The notes under the pieces: model-generated
What the model was told of the DNA's origin: nothing
What the model saw: the letters and a program-made list of their open reading frames with translations, nothing else
Database searches by the model: none
In this document: one piece after another, positions 36,407 through 48,973 of the stretch
Layout: every line of letters starts with the position of its first letter
Numbering within the stretch: the stretch's first letter is position 1
Translations under genes and position numbers: made by a program
Assembly: GCF_006345805.1 (NCBI RefSeq)
Contig: NC_043012.1
Location: 37,324,001-37,388,000, forward strand
Source of the DNA: Octopus sinensis
Lineage: Eukaryota
Direction: 5' to 3'
DNA: 64,000 nucleotides

Positions 36407-37054
36407 GTATGTATGTATAAAACTTGAAATACTGGAGGACTATTTCCATGCCGTTCAGGCGATAGTGTGTTTTGCTGTCTTAATGTACATAGCATGATGT
36501 CTAATGAAACTTAAAGCATGTTAAATTTTTTTTTTTGTTTTGTTTAATTAATTTTGTTTTATTATGTTTTGTTATTTTATTTTCCTGTGTTTTTGAAGTG
36601 TGACCTTCACATTCATCTGTGTGTCTTTTTAAAATTTTTTTTATTAAGAAATTCATGCAAAATATCTTTTAGTAAAATCACTTCATATTGAAAAACAACA
36701 AATGAAATAACCCCCTTGATGTATAAATCCATAAGTCTTGATGCATTCAAATTGTAAAGGGGGCTTTGATTATATCTTGGTTTGTATCTTCAAGATAATA
36801 TATAACTATCTAACGACAACATTATAGAACTTACCTATCTAACTCCAACTCACATTTGACAGGAAATGGTTTAAAAACCTGTTGGACTTATTTTACAAAT
36901 TGTTTGAATTTTTCGAAATTGATTGCAGTTGGGGACATAATTACATTATATATTTTGTCTCGTTAGAATTAAACACTAAATTTGTTAATTGTTACTTTTC
37001 TCTACTGAAATGTCATATAAATTAGTACGGCACCTAATCGTCCAAAACTACACC

Positions 37055-37330
37055 CTTATGTTCCATCCATGCATCCATCCCTTTTCTCCACCCTCTCTTC
37101 CTGGCAGGGTTGTTGGGGTATAGTCTTTGTGCACCTCCTCCATTGGCTCCTATCAAAGGTGACTCTCATTACACTTCTCAACTGGATTCCCAAGTATGAC
37201 CACCTGAGTCTGTGGATATTATTCAACCATTTCATTCTTAGTCTATCCCTTGGACTCCTGCCAATTGGCTGGACTTGGAGAATCTATCTTGCAATTCTTA
37301 CCTGTGACATTTTAATCCCATGTCCATAGC
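37055..37330 (-). mobile_element. RTE-clade (Rex3/Expander-like) LINE extreme 3' end
   Basis: Minus YGHGIKMSQVRIAR*ILQVQPIGRSPRDRLRMKW...WSYLGI..V..DRSQWRR..PQQP followed by a GGATGGATG tail. Confidence 0.65.
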
Positions 37331-38454
37331 AAGAGAGCTGGGACTTCTCACTGCAGAGAAGGAGCAGCTTGATCTGGAGAGATTTCCTGATCTTATGTTT
37401 AACAAAAGAATTTAATCTTTTTTTTTTTTAATATCTAAACTTTATGGCTCCATTTCAAATATTTTCCGATATTTCTATTACAAGTGGACATTGGTTTTTA
37501 AATTTTAAAGGTAATATCTTCACAAAATATTTCTTCAGAATTTTCAGTATATTTGAAACAAAGAATTGCCCAATTTATGGATTTACCAATTCCTGATAAT
37601 TATTTTTGCTAAAATATTCAACGATGATTATAGGAATCGGTATTAAAAAAAAGAAAGAAATTACCGATTCCAGTTTGTTAATGGTTTTGTTTTTATTGTT
37701 CAACTTGTCTTCCAGCATCACCATAATTAGCATAGATTTCATTAATCACAAGAATTTTCTTCCTGAGTTCAAAAGACTTCAGATTAATGCACATTATAAT
37801 GGCCATTATCTAGTGCTGCTAAACAGATGACAGACCGACTGATTTTGTTGGAGGGCTTTTCAGTAATTTCATTATTATCTCAAAAAGAATTTAGATTTTA
37901 ACATTATTTAAAGTCTAACTCATACTATCATCGAAAAATGAAAGTTAAAAGGAACAAATGAATGAAGGAACACACACACACACATGTATACTTATACACT
38001 GATATACATACCTGTAAATATATATATGTGTGTGAGTGTATGTATGTATGTATGTATGGGACAGCCTTCCTTTCAAGCATATATTGAAGATGCGATTGCA
38101 CTCGGGTTTTGATAATTTTTTTATTAAATATTTTCCTCATTTATTTAGTCCGTTGTGTTTAGTCCGAAACAAGGAATCCATTAACATTTCAAAACCTTCT
38201 CAATCTCAGCTTCAGAATGAATTGTAGATAATGGTGTGTTCTTACCATGTTTTGCAAGTGACAGCAAAAAATCTAAAAATGGAACCAATTCCAGAGTCTA
38301 TTACTGCTGACCCCTGGCTGTTTTTATTGAGATTGGGTTCGGATCTTGTTTTTAACACTCAATGTCTATGGTGGGACTCCTGTTCTACTCTGGCCCTTTT
38401 TACTCATGTTTTATCCTTCTTGCATGAAATTACTCCTCTCCCACCAGGGGTTTG

Positions 38455-38685
38455 CACTCTTGCAAGGGGCATAGTGACCTCACTCATGCTGGTGCCAGGA
38501 AAAATGCATCCAGCACTTGTTGTAAAGTGGTTGGCTTGGCATTACGAAGGGCATCTAGTTGTAGAAACCATGCCAAACAGGCACTGGGGTGTGATGCACT
38601 GTTTGGGTCCATCAGATCCTGTCAGTTCATCCAATCCATACCAGCATGGAACATTGATGTCAAATGATGAGGATGTCGATGAAGA
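38455..38685 (+). mobile_element. Family C retroposon 3' part
   Basis: GTAAAGTGGTTGGC.TGGCATTACGAAGGGCATCTAGTTGTAGAAACC ... CCAGCATGGAACATTGATGTCAAATGATGA. Confidence 0.6.
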
Positions 38686-39043
38686 GGGTTGAAGAGGAAC
38701 ATCCTGTTGAACATTTTCAGAAACAAAAGCCCAAGTTCTGTTAACAGTTTTGCTACAGAATAAAACACAAACAATAACAGAAATGATTAGGGTTTTCTCC
38801 AATCCATCTTAATGAATATAAACAAAATTATCATCCAAGACTATTTGAACTTGCCACCATAGCAAGTTTCAAAAGAAATTATTCCTTCCATAATTCTCTT
38901 CAAAGATTTTTGTTTGTGAAATAACTGGTGTATTGCTTGCTTGTGTGTGTGTGTGTGTGAATCAGTTTGTTTTCTCTTAAGCATGTAACATGGATGACAC
39001 AACTATATTCTAATGTATAAATATTTTCTTGCGTCTCTTTTTA

Positions 39044-39234
39044 TTTGTGGGTTACTGAGGCTGCTGATGGTTTCATGCAAAGAATCTCTTAACAATTATC
39101 AAGCCTGCCACATGGGAGCCTTGGTACTCATCTCCAACATGGAGACAAGTACCAAGGTTCCCATGTGGCAGGCTTCATAGCTGACGAGAGATTCCCCTTA
39201 TATGAAACCATTGGTAGCTTTGGTTACCCACAGA
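39044..39234. mobile_element. Palindromic (fold-back) MITE flanked by TA, with a near-perfect central hairpin
   Basis: The whole element is an inverted repeat (T.TGTGGGT ... ACCCACAGA). Central arms 39101-39135 and 39141-39175 pair at 32/35 around an AACAT loop. Confidence 0.75.
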
Positions 39235-39591
39235 TACAGTATATTTATCCACCAATGTGGTGTCGAGCACTCAATCTCACTCTATGATATTAACACACAC
39301 ACACACACACTACGCTACACTACAAATTCAAGGTTAGCTAATAATCATGTAATCATTTGAGAACCCATAGCTAAAGGTCTATCAAACTTGTTACATGCAT
39401 ATGTCTGCAATGAGGAAATGTTTATGTTGAAAACCAGCTTGCCAAAAACATTTGCATATATATATTTTTATTTTTACACACACACACGCATGCACATGTA
39501 TCTATCTATCTATCTATATATATATATATATATATATTGTCTAGGGAAAGTCATGCCAATATTAATAATACATACAATATATATATGTGTG

Positions 39592-39626
<35 letters not shown>

Positions 39627-40056
39627 GTAATATAATATGTGTCAATTATTCGGTTGCCATAATAAAACTCACACACAAATACCCACATATGCACATAGAC
39701 CTGAGACCCACAGCAGACACACATGTGTGATTTTGATTGAAGCAAGGTGAAATAATGCTGTCCCAGCCGTGTTCTGAATCTGCAGACTAATTGGAGTTAT
39801 CTTCCCTTGTTTAGCTACTTCCCAGGAAAATAAACTAAGCTGACCATGAAAGTACTTCCTTACAGTGGCCTTGTTAAGTAAACAAAACATGACAAAAATA
39901 AAAAAAAGGATGTATGATAAGGGGTTCATATTATTGATTTACTCCCGTTTTTAATTAATACTTGACTAGAAGATACTGAAATTACCTTGATGTGTATGTA
40001 ACGATTTGTACATTATTTACATTCGACGGATATTTGTCCTCATCTTGTTTGTTGTT

Positions 40057-40102
40057 AACACAACATTTCGGCTGATATACCCTCCAGCCTTCATCAGGTG
40101 TC
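40057..40102 (-). ncRNA. Minimal type I hammerhead ribozyme, family 1, catalytic core intact
   Basis: Minus: GACAC CTGATGA A GGCTG-GAGGGTATAT-CAGCC GAAA TG TT GTGTT. Stem I 5 bp, stem II 5 bp, loopless stem III, UH = UU, one extra A after A9. Confidence 0.72.
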
Positions 40103-40264
40103 TTGGGGGAAATTTCAAGCCAGAGTTCTCATACCTGAGGTATTTTTCGATATTACTGCCTGGAATCTTGGGTTTAGTAACCTGAATAGTGACCTCAATA
40201 ATAATAATAATAATAATATCGAAAAATACCTTAGGTATGAGAACCCAGTTCGAAGTTTCCCCAA

Positions 40265-40310
40265 GATACCTGATGAAGGCTGGAAGGTATATCAGCCATA
40301 ACATTGTGTT
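40265..40310 (+). ncRNA. Degenerate hammerhead ribozyme, family 1
   Basis: GATAC CTGATGA A GGCTG-GAAGGTATAT-CAGCC ATAA CATT GTGTT; GAAA has become ATAA, so it is presumed inactive. Confidence 0.6.
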
Positions 40311-41430
40311 AACAACAAACAAGATGAGGACAAATATCTGTCAAATGTAAATAAGGTAAATAATGTAGATAACTCCTCATCTCTTAAATATAGACATGTA
40401 ATGATTTGATTTGAAAGTGCATTGGAAAGAAAGTGACTTAGAGAAAAAATAGTCCTGTATGATGATTGTGCCCATTCAGATTTTAATTAATTAATTCATT
40501 TATTTTTACAATGGTTATTTTGTCAATGAAATGCTTCCCTGTCTGTGTTGCTTCTCCATATCTGTTTGGCTACAATTCACTGGAATCAAGTGGTGGCTTA
40601 CAGTGCTGATCATAGTGGCAGAATCTCTGTGTGTTTGACCATAAATATGTCATCGTTTTGCAGTGCTAAGAATTCAGTGCTTATAGCTTTGAGGGTGGGG
40701 GCAGTGTTTTAAAGCCAGGTCTACAGAATTAGTTGTCTATTGATGGATACTTCTGATTTGGAAAAGTCCAAACAGTTTGCTCTGTTCATCCTATTTACAT
40801 CTTGTTTGGGGACCAACCAGACTATTAAACATCACTGATCACAATGTGCTTTTCATCCTTTTAGCTTTCAAATGATCCCCCCCCCCCGCCTGCTGGCTCG
40901 GTGAAGCAGGCCAATGTTCTTCACTGGTTGGAAAGAGGACTGTAGCAACATGAAAAGAAGTGTTTTGCTCAAGAACACATTGTGCTGCAGGGTCTGGGAA
41001 TCGAACCTGTGATGTACCTCCCCCACACATATTTCTCATTAGATATGGAATGACTGTGTGATTTAGAAGTTAACTTCACGCCCACAAGATCCTGTGTTCA
41101 ATCCCACTCTTTGGCATCATGAGCAAATGTCATGTTCTATAGCTTTGGGTCAGCTTGTACCTCGTGAGTAAAATTTGGTCTGTAGAAACTGTAGAGAATC
41201 CTGCTGGATGAACCTGACCAGTGATTCTAAAGCATAGCTTTGTTACATACTGTGACACACCATTGACCAGGTCATTCATAGGCTTAAGCTCCTCAAACAA
41301 CTGACAAGACCAACAAAGAACCCTCCATCTTATTCTGAAATACGTCTGCATTTGCATGTTCTTACCAACACCAACATATTTAGTGAAACTGTGGAAAAGA
41401 AAGAAAAAAAAGACTGCTTATGATGTACAT

Positions 41431-41712
41431 CAGTGGTCTCCAAACTTTTCCAGGCTGCTGGCCCCTTGACACCACCCAGGCCACATTGCTAGCACCCCCC
41501 AATCCCAAACTAACCATCACAAACCTAGACCTATTTCTGAAGCAGATTCAAAGCAACTGCATTTCACAAATAAAATTTAACCTAATGAAACCCATTATTT
41601 TGTTTGTTTTTACATAAATCGTTACCTCATTATCATCCCACTTTCCTCCAGTGCCCCCTTGGAACTTTCCACTGCTCCCAGGGGGCAATACCGCCCACTT
41701 TGGGAACGACTG
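41431..41712. mobile_element. hAT (Charlie-type) MITE with 8-bp TSD
   Basis: CAGTGGTCTCCAAACT ... ACTTTGGGAACGACTG; flanks ATGTACAT / ATGTTCAC (6/8). Confidence 0.7.
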
Positions 41713-43520
41713 ATGTTCACTGCAATGTTTCCCTTATTCTTTTGGTTGTATTTCTTTAACCCCCCCCCCTTAATTATCGCTATCCATTTTCTTTTGATAA
41801 TAATCTCATACTTAAGAAACGTAGATCCTGTTCATACTCGTTTCCTCCTCATCATTTCTTTCCTCCTCATCATTTCTTTCCTCCTCATCCATTGACAGAA
41901 GTGACAAAAGCTTAGGAATGCGTCTGACCAATTCTATGTCTTGTTCTTTGCAACTGAGTGAAATTTATCTGAATTGAAAAAAAAAGTAGTGATAATTGGT
42001 TTTAGTTAAACTTCTGATTGAGATGAACTAATTAATCCCTCTCTGTACAATAACATTTGTTTTTCTTTTTAATACCTTGTTGTTATTGTTTTTGGTTTCA
42101 TCTGTTGCTAATCTCATCAAAGTCCCTTCTACAGAGATTGTGGAATTTCTCTCTGTTTAACAATTACTTGTTAGTGATCTGTTCTCTAATGATTCCTTCA
42201 AGTCCCTGTGTTTCAAATTCCTTCCCACAATTCATTGCCACATTACAGGTTCTACTTTTGGTTTTTCGCCTTAGTTTCTGCTGTGTTTTTGAAATCAGTG
42301 TGTTATCTCTGTCCAAGGCAGTGTTGTTATTATTATTATTATCATTGTTATTATTGTTTTGGCTATCATTTCAATTGAAAAAAACTAATCTTCCTCGTTG
42401 ACCTCTCACCAATAACTCTAACGATTTACCAATTTGCTTTATTGCATGCTTACCTCGTTTGTTTGTACGTGGAAACTTAGTACATTATCTTTGTTAAACA
42501 TTTGTTATTTATAATTAATATTTCAAGATAAAATGTTTAATAGTTCTGTTTTTCTATGAATTTCTTTTCTGTATTTTTTATCTTCACAACGAATAATTTT
42601 TTTATTATTCCTGTTGAAAAATCTCCAATTCTTCTGAGCTGATAATTTTGAATTCCGTTAAATTCTCCAGGGTCATTAATAATAGATTTTTCTAATTCAC
42701 CAGGGTCTCCTTAACCTTTAGCACGCTATAGATGCATCAGGTCCCTGTGCTAGTTTCCAATTTCCTGCAGCTACGCAAGTGAAATCACACATGGCGCCAT
42801 CATCATCATTGTTCGGCCGTGGTCGAGACATTGGGATTTATTATGTTACGCCAGACTCCACGGTCCATCATAGCATTACGGAGGTCCTGTTGCTGGATGC
42901 CTGTATCCCTGGAGATTACATCAGGGTAGGAGAGTGTGTGCACTCTGGTATCGCGAGCAGATGGCGCCATAGCGTGTGTGCTTAAGTGTGCTGAAAGTTA
43001 ATTGTTCAGTGTTGAAGAATTTGGACATTTGGAAGTTTTCTGATATATAGTATCAGATTGTATATCATGAATCATTGGGTCCACTCATTCCATTTCAGAG
43101 TTCAAATCCTTTAGCAGTGATTACAAAATGTTTTTCTTTAATCCATCCTGGCCCCACACATTCAACAGCAGTTAACATATTGAGATTGACTCAGTTAACT
43201 CCCTTGCATACAAACCCTTCCTTTTGGGCCTTATCTGAGGATATCTAGAAAATCACTAGGGTTTCTCTTTTAAAACTTATCGTATGCAGTTGAAATAATT
43301 ATCAAACTTGTTTGTTTCTTACAAAAGCTTACAAATTCTTTGTATTTTTTCTTTCTGCTACATCTATGCAGAGTTTGATACATTTTAAACACAGCTGTCT
43401 TATAATGTGTCACGATTTAAAAGAAAAAGACAACAAAAAAAGCTGTTTATACTTTTTCCATGAGAATTAAGTAAATTCTCTTTTTTTCCTTTTTTCCAAC
43501 TTCTATAATACTTTCTTTCA

Positions 43521-43571
<51 letters not shown>

Positions 43572-45960
43572 CATGATTATTATTATTATTATTATTATTA
43601 CTGATGGTTGTAAAATGTGAAGAGAATATCCTAAACAAATGAACAGGTTTATGTGACTTGCTTTCTATTTCCAAATAGTATTTGATAAAGTAGTAGAAAG
43701 CAGATAAGGAAGCATCGAGAAATCTGTAAACGAGTCTTCATTAATGATGGATCGCAAAATGAATTCAACTGTTAATAATAGGTTATAGGATATTGAGCTT
43801 AAAAAGTGGGGTGGTGGTGCAGCTTCTGGCTTTTTAAATACCCAAGGGGTTTTTTTTTTCCATCGAATATGTTGTCATCTAGTCTTTATAGCAGAATTCA
43901 TTTTGAGATAAATCATAAATGAACACTTTACTCTTAGTGCTGTGGGTTCAATGTAAACTTCACCTGCTTGCAACCAGTTCTGCCCCTTAAAATCTGGTGA
44001 GCTCTGAATCCTGCGATGTCTTCCTGATTAAGAAGGAGAGACCGTTATTTCTTCTTCGGGCTTCCAAAGTAGAACTCCCACTTTTTCCGTACATTGATTC
44101 TGTTCTATGTTTGTTCTACGTTGATCTAAACCGTGATTCCTAATTGTCTATTGTTCCTCTATTTCTACCAGTACCACACGTCTGGAGATCTTCCTAATTT
44201 TTTTGACACATACATGCAAATGGTAAGTTGATGCAATTACTGCTGTTATCAGCTTATTCATCATCACCACCACCACCACCACCACCACCACTGCTGCCAC
44301 CGCCGCCGCCGTTGTTGTTGCCATCATTGCCATTGTTATTATCAGCATCATCATCATCATAGCCATCTTCATAGTCATCTTCATTGCTGCTGTCGGTGAA
44401 ACCCAGCACCACCGCCCTCCCATTTTCTGCCACTATCCCTACCCCCACCCTGCACAGTGGCAGACTCATTACTGCTCTTCAGTTGCCGTCTCCGTTTTGA
44501 ATTTACTTGTTTTATTTATTTATTTTTTTTTTATTGTTTTGGTGTTTTAGAATTTATATTTCAATGTGAATAATCCTGCCAGAGCACTGTGATTATTATT
44601 ATTATTATTATAATTATCATCGTTATCATTATCATCATCATTATCAATCATTATTATTATTATCATTATTATTAATATCATTATTATTATTGTGTTTGTG
44701 TCTTATGTAATACAATTCAAAAAATATATATTCATACTGGAATATTCAAAGCATAAAAATTGTTTCTGTGTGTGTGTGTGTGTGAGTGAATTCTTGGCAA
44801 ATATGACAAATTATATTCATTGCATTTGAATTTGTCAAAAGCATCGCATTTGAAATGTTGGTAATGGCTTTATCGACTGACATTCAAGGAATAAAAATGC
44901 AAGGGTGCTTTTCGTTTCTGTAACCAATATAACGTATACCCCTAACCCTTTAGCTTCCACCAGTTATCTTCATTAACAAAGAATAAACAAGATATTTTGG
45001 TCGCTGGATTCTGTGATGTTCAACAATTTAAAATTTTGCATTGAACTGGGTTTGTAAGAGTTACTTTCCCTTTGTTGACTCTCTCTCTCTCTCTCTCCCC
45101 TACTTGTTTGGCCTCTGTTCCTTGTCTTCCTCGAAATATGGTGCAACTTTTTATCAAACAACACTTTATTGAACCTCGAAACAACTTCTTGTGAATATAT
45201 TACCTTGTAGCATAGGTTGTGGTGCCTCAGTGCAGCAATGGCGACCCATGTGCCAAATGTATTGTGCCAGCCTCCAGTGCTCTTGTGAATCTGTGGTGAA
45301 TTGTTTTTTTTGCCATGTCTATTATTTTGCAGCCATTCATAAAACATTCCAACATTGTATTGGGAATCGTGGTCATTGACATCTCCTGTCTTCCACACCG
45401 TTGTGCCTTAATCCATATGGTTGCAAAATAACCTTCACATCTGCACATTTTTTCACACATGATGCAATTTCGAACCATTCACACACACACACACTGATAG
45501 CAAATTAACTTCACACACACACATACACACGTTTGTAATATCAATAAACCCATTGGCTACCCTATACAAATGTTAAAAGCTGGCTAAATGTTGTTTTTTT
45601 TTTAATTAAATTTTTGCGGATGAAAATTTCTATTTTTATTTTATATTAAAAATTATTCTATATTTAAAATTGTTACCATTTGTTGCACTTGTTTAAAATT
45701 GTCCCATAGAAAATAAATATCGACAAAATAATACACTTAAAAATAAATATCTGCAATCTGTAACACATCTTTTATATATAAAAAAAAAATATTCTATTTT
45801 TGAAATTCACTTTTAGCTACAATTATCTTACTCTGTAATATATTTACAAAATTATTCCATGAAAAGTCACTTTGAGGAAAAGTTGTTTTGACAAAAAGTC
45901 ATTTGATAAAAATTTGCTTAAAAAGAAATTTGAGAAAAGTTGTTTGATAAATGATTTTTT

Positions 45961-46024
45961 ATCTTTTATGAGAGTCTAATTTCATTTAGTGCTATCTTTT
46001 ATGAGAGTCTAATTTCATTTAGTG
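45961..46024. repeat. 33-bp tandem duplication
   Basis: ATCTTTTATGAGAGTCTAATTTCATTTAGTG occurs twice with a 33-bp period. Confidence 0.9.
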
Positions 46025-46072
46025 TTCACTGCTCCTAAGATTTTTACACCTTGTCAGCCTGCATTGATCACT

Positions 46073-46278
46073 TTAATCCTTGGTTACCATATTTCTTTTG
46101 AAGCACTTTGCCTTTGTTTCAATTAGTTTTATCAGTAATGACAAGTATTTTTGCTCTCATTAAGCTGATTTTGGAATATCAACATTAAATTTTGATTGAA
46201 CATTTTCATTTAGCTCACTTTAAATATGTCTCATAGAACCAACAGCTGTTTCAAGAAGGTTGGTATTAAAAGGGTTAA
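46073..46278 (+). mobile_element. piggyBac-type MITE (diverged P1-related subfamily)
   Basis: TTAA-TCCTTGGTTACCATATTTC ... GGTATTAAAAGGG-TTAA. Confidence 0.65.
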
Positions 46279-46549
46279 AACGTTTGCCAAGTTTTTTAGT
46301 GATATTTTTATAATATTTATATCTCATGTGGAACAGAAATTTATGAGGAATTATAGTGTCTGTATGTATGTGTCTTTTATTTTCTCTGATTTTAAATCTA
46401 TTTCTCCCAGGGTGAAGGAATGTTTTTTACCTGAAATACTTTAACCTAAAATTTTTGGATCAGCTATTTTTATAATTTTCTCTCTTTGTAATTCATGTAT
46501 TATTTATTAACAAATTTTCACTAATAATAGATTATTTTATAACTAATAG

Positions 46550-46820
46550 TGTGTGTATCTTGTGCAAGACACTTTATTTCACATTGCTCCTATTCACTCA
46601 GCCGTAGAAATGAGTTGCGATGTCACTGGTGCCAAGTTGTATCGGCCTCTTTGTTTTTCCCTTGGATAACACCAGTGGCATGGAAAGGAGAGGCTGGTAT
46701 GTGTGGGCGACTGCTGGTCTTCTATAAACAACCTTACCTGGGCTTGTGCCTCGGAGGGTAACTTTCTAGGTGCAATCCCATGGTCATTCATGACTGAAAA
46801 GGGTCTTTTTACCCTTTATA
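46550..46820 (+). mobile_element. SINE family D-related, alternative 3' tail
   Basis: CACTTTATTTCACATTGCTCC.ATTCACTCAGCCGTAGAAATGAGTTGC ... GCCTCGGAGGGTAACTTTCTAGG; inverted homolog at 63640-63975. Confidence 0.7.
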
Positions 46821-47536
46821 TAAAATCAGTTGTTTATAAGTCGGAAAAAAGGCTCAGTCTAAAAATGTTTTGAGCAATAATATTTTATGTTGTCGTTGGT
46901 TATGACTGGTCAGAAAGCTGGCATTGTAGGTTCAACTGTTGAGAGTGAAGCGTCTTGGTCAGAGGAATTTGGTTCATTGTCTGCTTCTTCAATTGAGTTA
47001 GCCATCTGAATGTTCTAAGGAAAGTTTGGCTTTAATTAGCGAGTGTCCTCAAGTTGTGATTGTTGCTCATAAATTTGATTTCAATTGTCACATCTCTCAG
47101 TTGTTATTCCAAGCTGGAGTCATATTTTTTAAAATCATTTTTGAAAAATTAATTTTTGCTATTTTTCTGTGTAGTTGATGGTGGAGGTGTCCTGTATAAC
47201 CATATTATATCTGTAGATGAGCCGCTATTAAAATATATACTTGATAGTCAATGTCATCTTACCGGAGAATATTGAATTTAATCATCAATTTGTAAATATA
47301 TATATATATGTGCCTTATCATTTTCAAGTTTAACCATCATTAAAATTATAGTGTAATCTTTTGCTGAAATATTCCACACGGTGCCAAATCCCAAACTGAA
47401 ATATGGCTATTCCCCAGGGTATAGGTTCTGATTTTATATTTTGAATTTTTGCTAATGATGGCGGTATGTTATTAAAATATATCAAGGAATGCAATTAACC
47501 CATTTTAAAAAAAAATTTTCCACAGACATCTATGTA

Positions 47537-47570
<34 letters not shown>

Positions 47571-48159
47571 ATGCAAACATGGGAAAGTGAATAATGAATT
47601 ATGATAGTATATAAATGTATGTATGAATGAATGGATGAATGGTAAGCTATTTTATTGACCCCAAAACTTGAAATCACCATTTAATCTAGATCATCTAATT
47701 ATTATTTTTTGGTTACCTTTGAATCTCTACCAAATTTGTCATAGAGGTATGTCCATGTATGTCCGTGTGTCTGTGTGTGTACATCTACACATGCATGAGA
47801 AAATACTGCCTGGGCTTTCTTATGTCATTCTTTTCTGAAGGCAACCAAAGGTTCCTGTCCACCCCCACCCACCCTCACCACTTTTTAAAAAGGAAAAAAA
47901 AAATGAAAAAGAAATTTCTGCAGACTTCACAGTGGTTTCCGAATTGTGTTTTATTCTCATCAGACTCAACACATATCAACACAAGAACCAGAACGTCAAT
48001 TATCCTAACGAGATCTCTTTTTTTTTTTCTCTACCAATTAGCTCACACCATTCACCAGTTGTGAATTGGTAACGACAAGTGAAGGGGAGGGGCAGAGACC
48101 AGCCTATAGTAATACAAATCAATAATACTTGTTAATAATAATACAAAACCATAATAATA

Positions 48160-48196
<37 letters not shown>

Positions 48197-48729
48197 CAAC
48201 AATACTAGTAGTTCAGTAAATCTTAATATCTGATGTTCCATATCATCATCATCATTGTCATCATCCTCTAATGTCTGTCATCCATGCAGGCAGAGGTTAA
48301 ATGGTTTGGCAGGAACTGACCAAGTAGAGGAGGGCTGCCTTGCTCCCTTTGGCATGGTTTCTACCCCTGGATGCCTTCCTTCCTGACACCAACTCTGCTA
48401 CAGGGTGCACACGGTGCTTTCCTTTTTTTTTTTTCTTCTACTTGGCACCGGCTCTAGTGAGATTGCCGAGTAGCTCCCCAGGCAAGACCCCTTGATTGAG
48501 GGTGGGTGGGCATGGTAATGTGGGAAGTGGTTTTATGCTGGGTGTTCAGAAGCTGAAGTGTGAAAGAGGGACAGAAACAGGTGTCTTGCTGTAGGGGAGA
48601 TATGTGGCCACCCTATCTGGAAAGGAAGGAAAGCAATGGTGATGATGAAGCATTAGGACTTACTTTCCATCTGTGTGTGAGTGTGTGTGTATATATATAT
48701 GTATATATGTATGTATATTTATGTATATA

Positions 48730-48971
48730 CAGGGTTGGCCAAAAGTCACCTGACAGCAAACCAAAATTCCATAAATATTTAATATTCAATTTTGTTTATT
48801 TATTCCGGCTATGAATGTTTGGTAATTGAAAGCTTTGAGTTAAAATCACCATTTTGTTTTTTCAACATTTGTCTATTTATTAGCAAAGTCTCATATAAAA
48901 TAATGCTTTTGTTTTAATCTTGGAATTAAATGGGTTTTGATTTACTGTCAGGTGACTTTTGGCCAACCCTG
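48730..48971. mobile_element. Tc1/mariner-type MITE with perfect 27-bp TIRs and TA TSD
   Basis: TA-CAGGGTTGGCCAAAAGTCACCTGACAG ... CTGTCAGGTGACTTTTGGCCAACCCTG-TA. Confidence 0.92.
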
Positions 48972-48973
48972 TA

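Larger units (their letters stand above)
40009..40395. mobile_element. Fold-back non-autonomous Penelope derivative with two divergent hammerhead-bearing tails and a 13-bp TSD
   Basis: Arms of about 150 bp are inverted copies of the 8181-8330 Penelope tail. Flanks ATGTAACGATTTG (39996-40008) and ATGTAATGATTTG (40396-40408). Confidence 0.85.

Noticed and set aside
43990-44100. Short minus-strand frame MYGKSGSSTLEARRRNNGLSFLIRKTSQDSELTRF*
   Set aside because: 35 aa, with an upstream in-frame stop, no polypyrimidine acceptor and no recognisable family.
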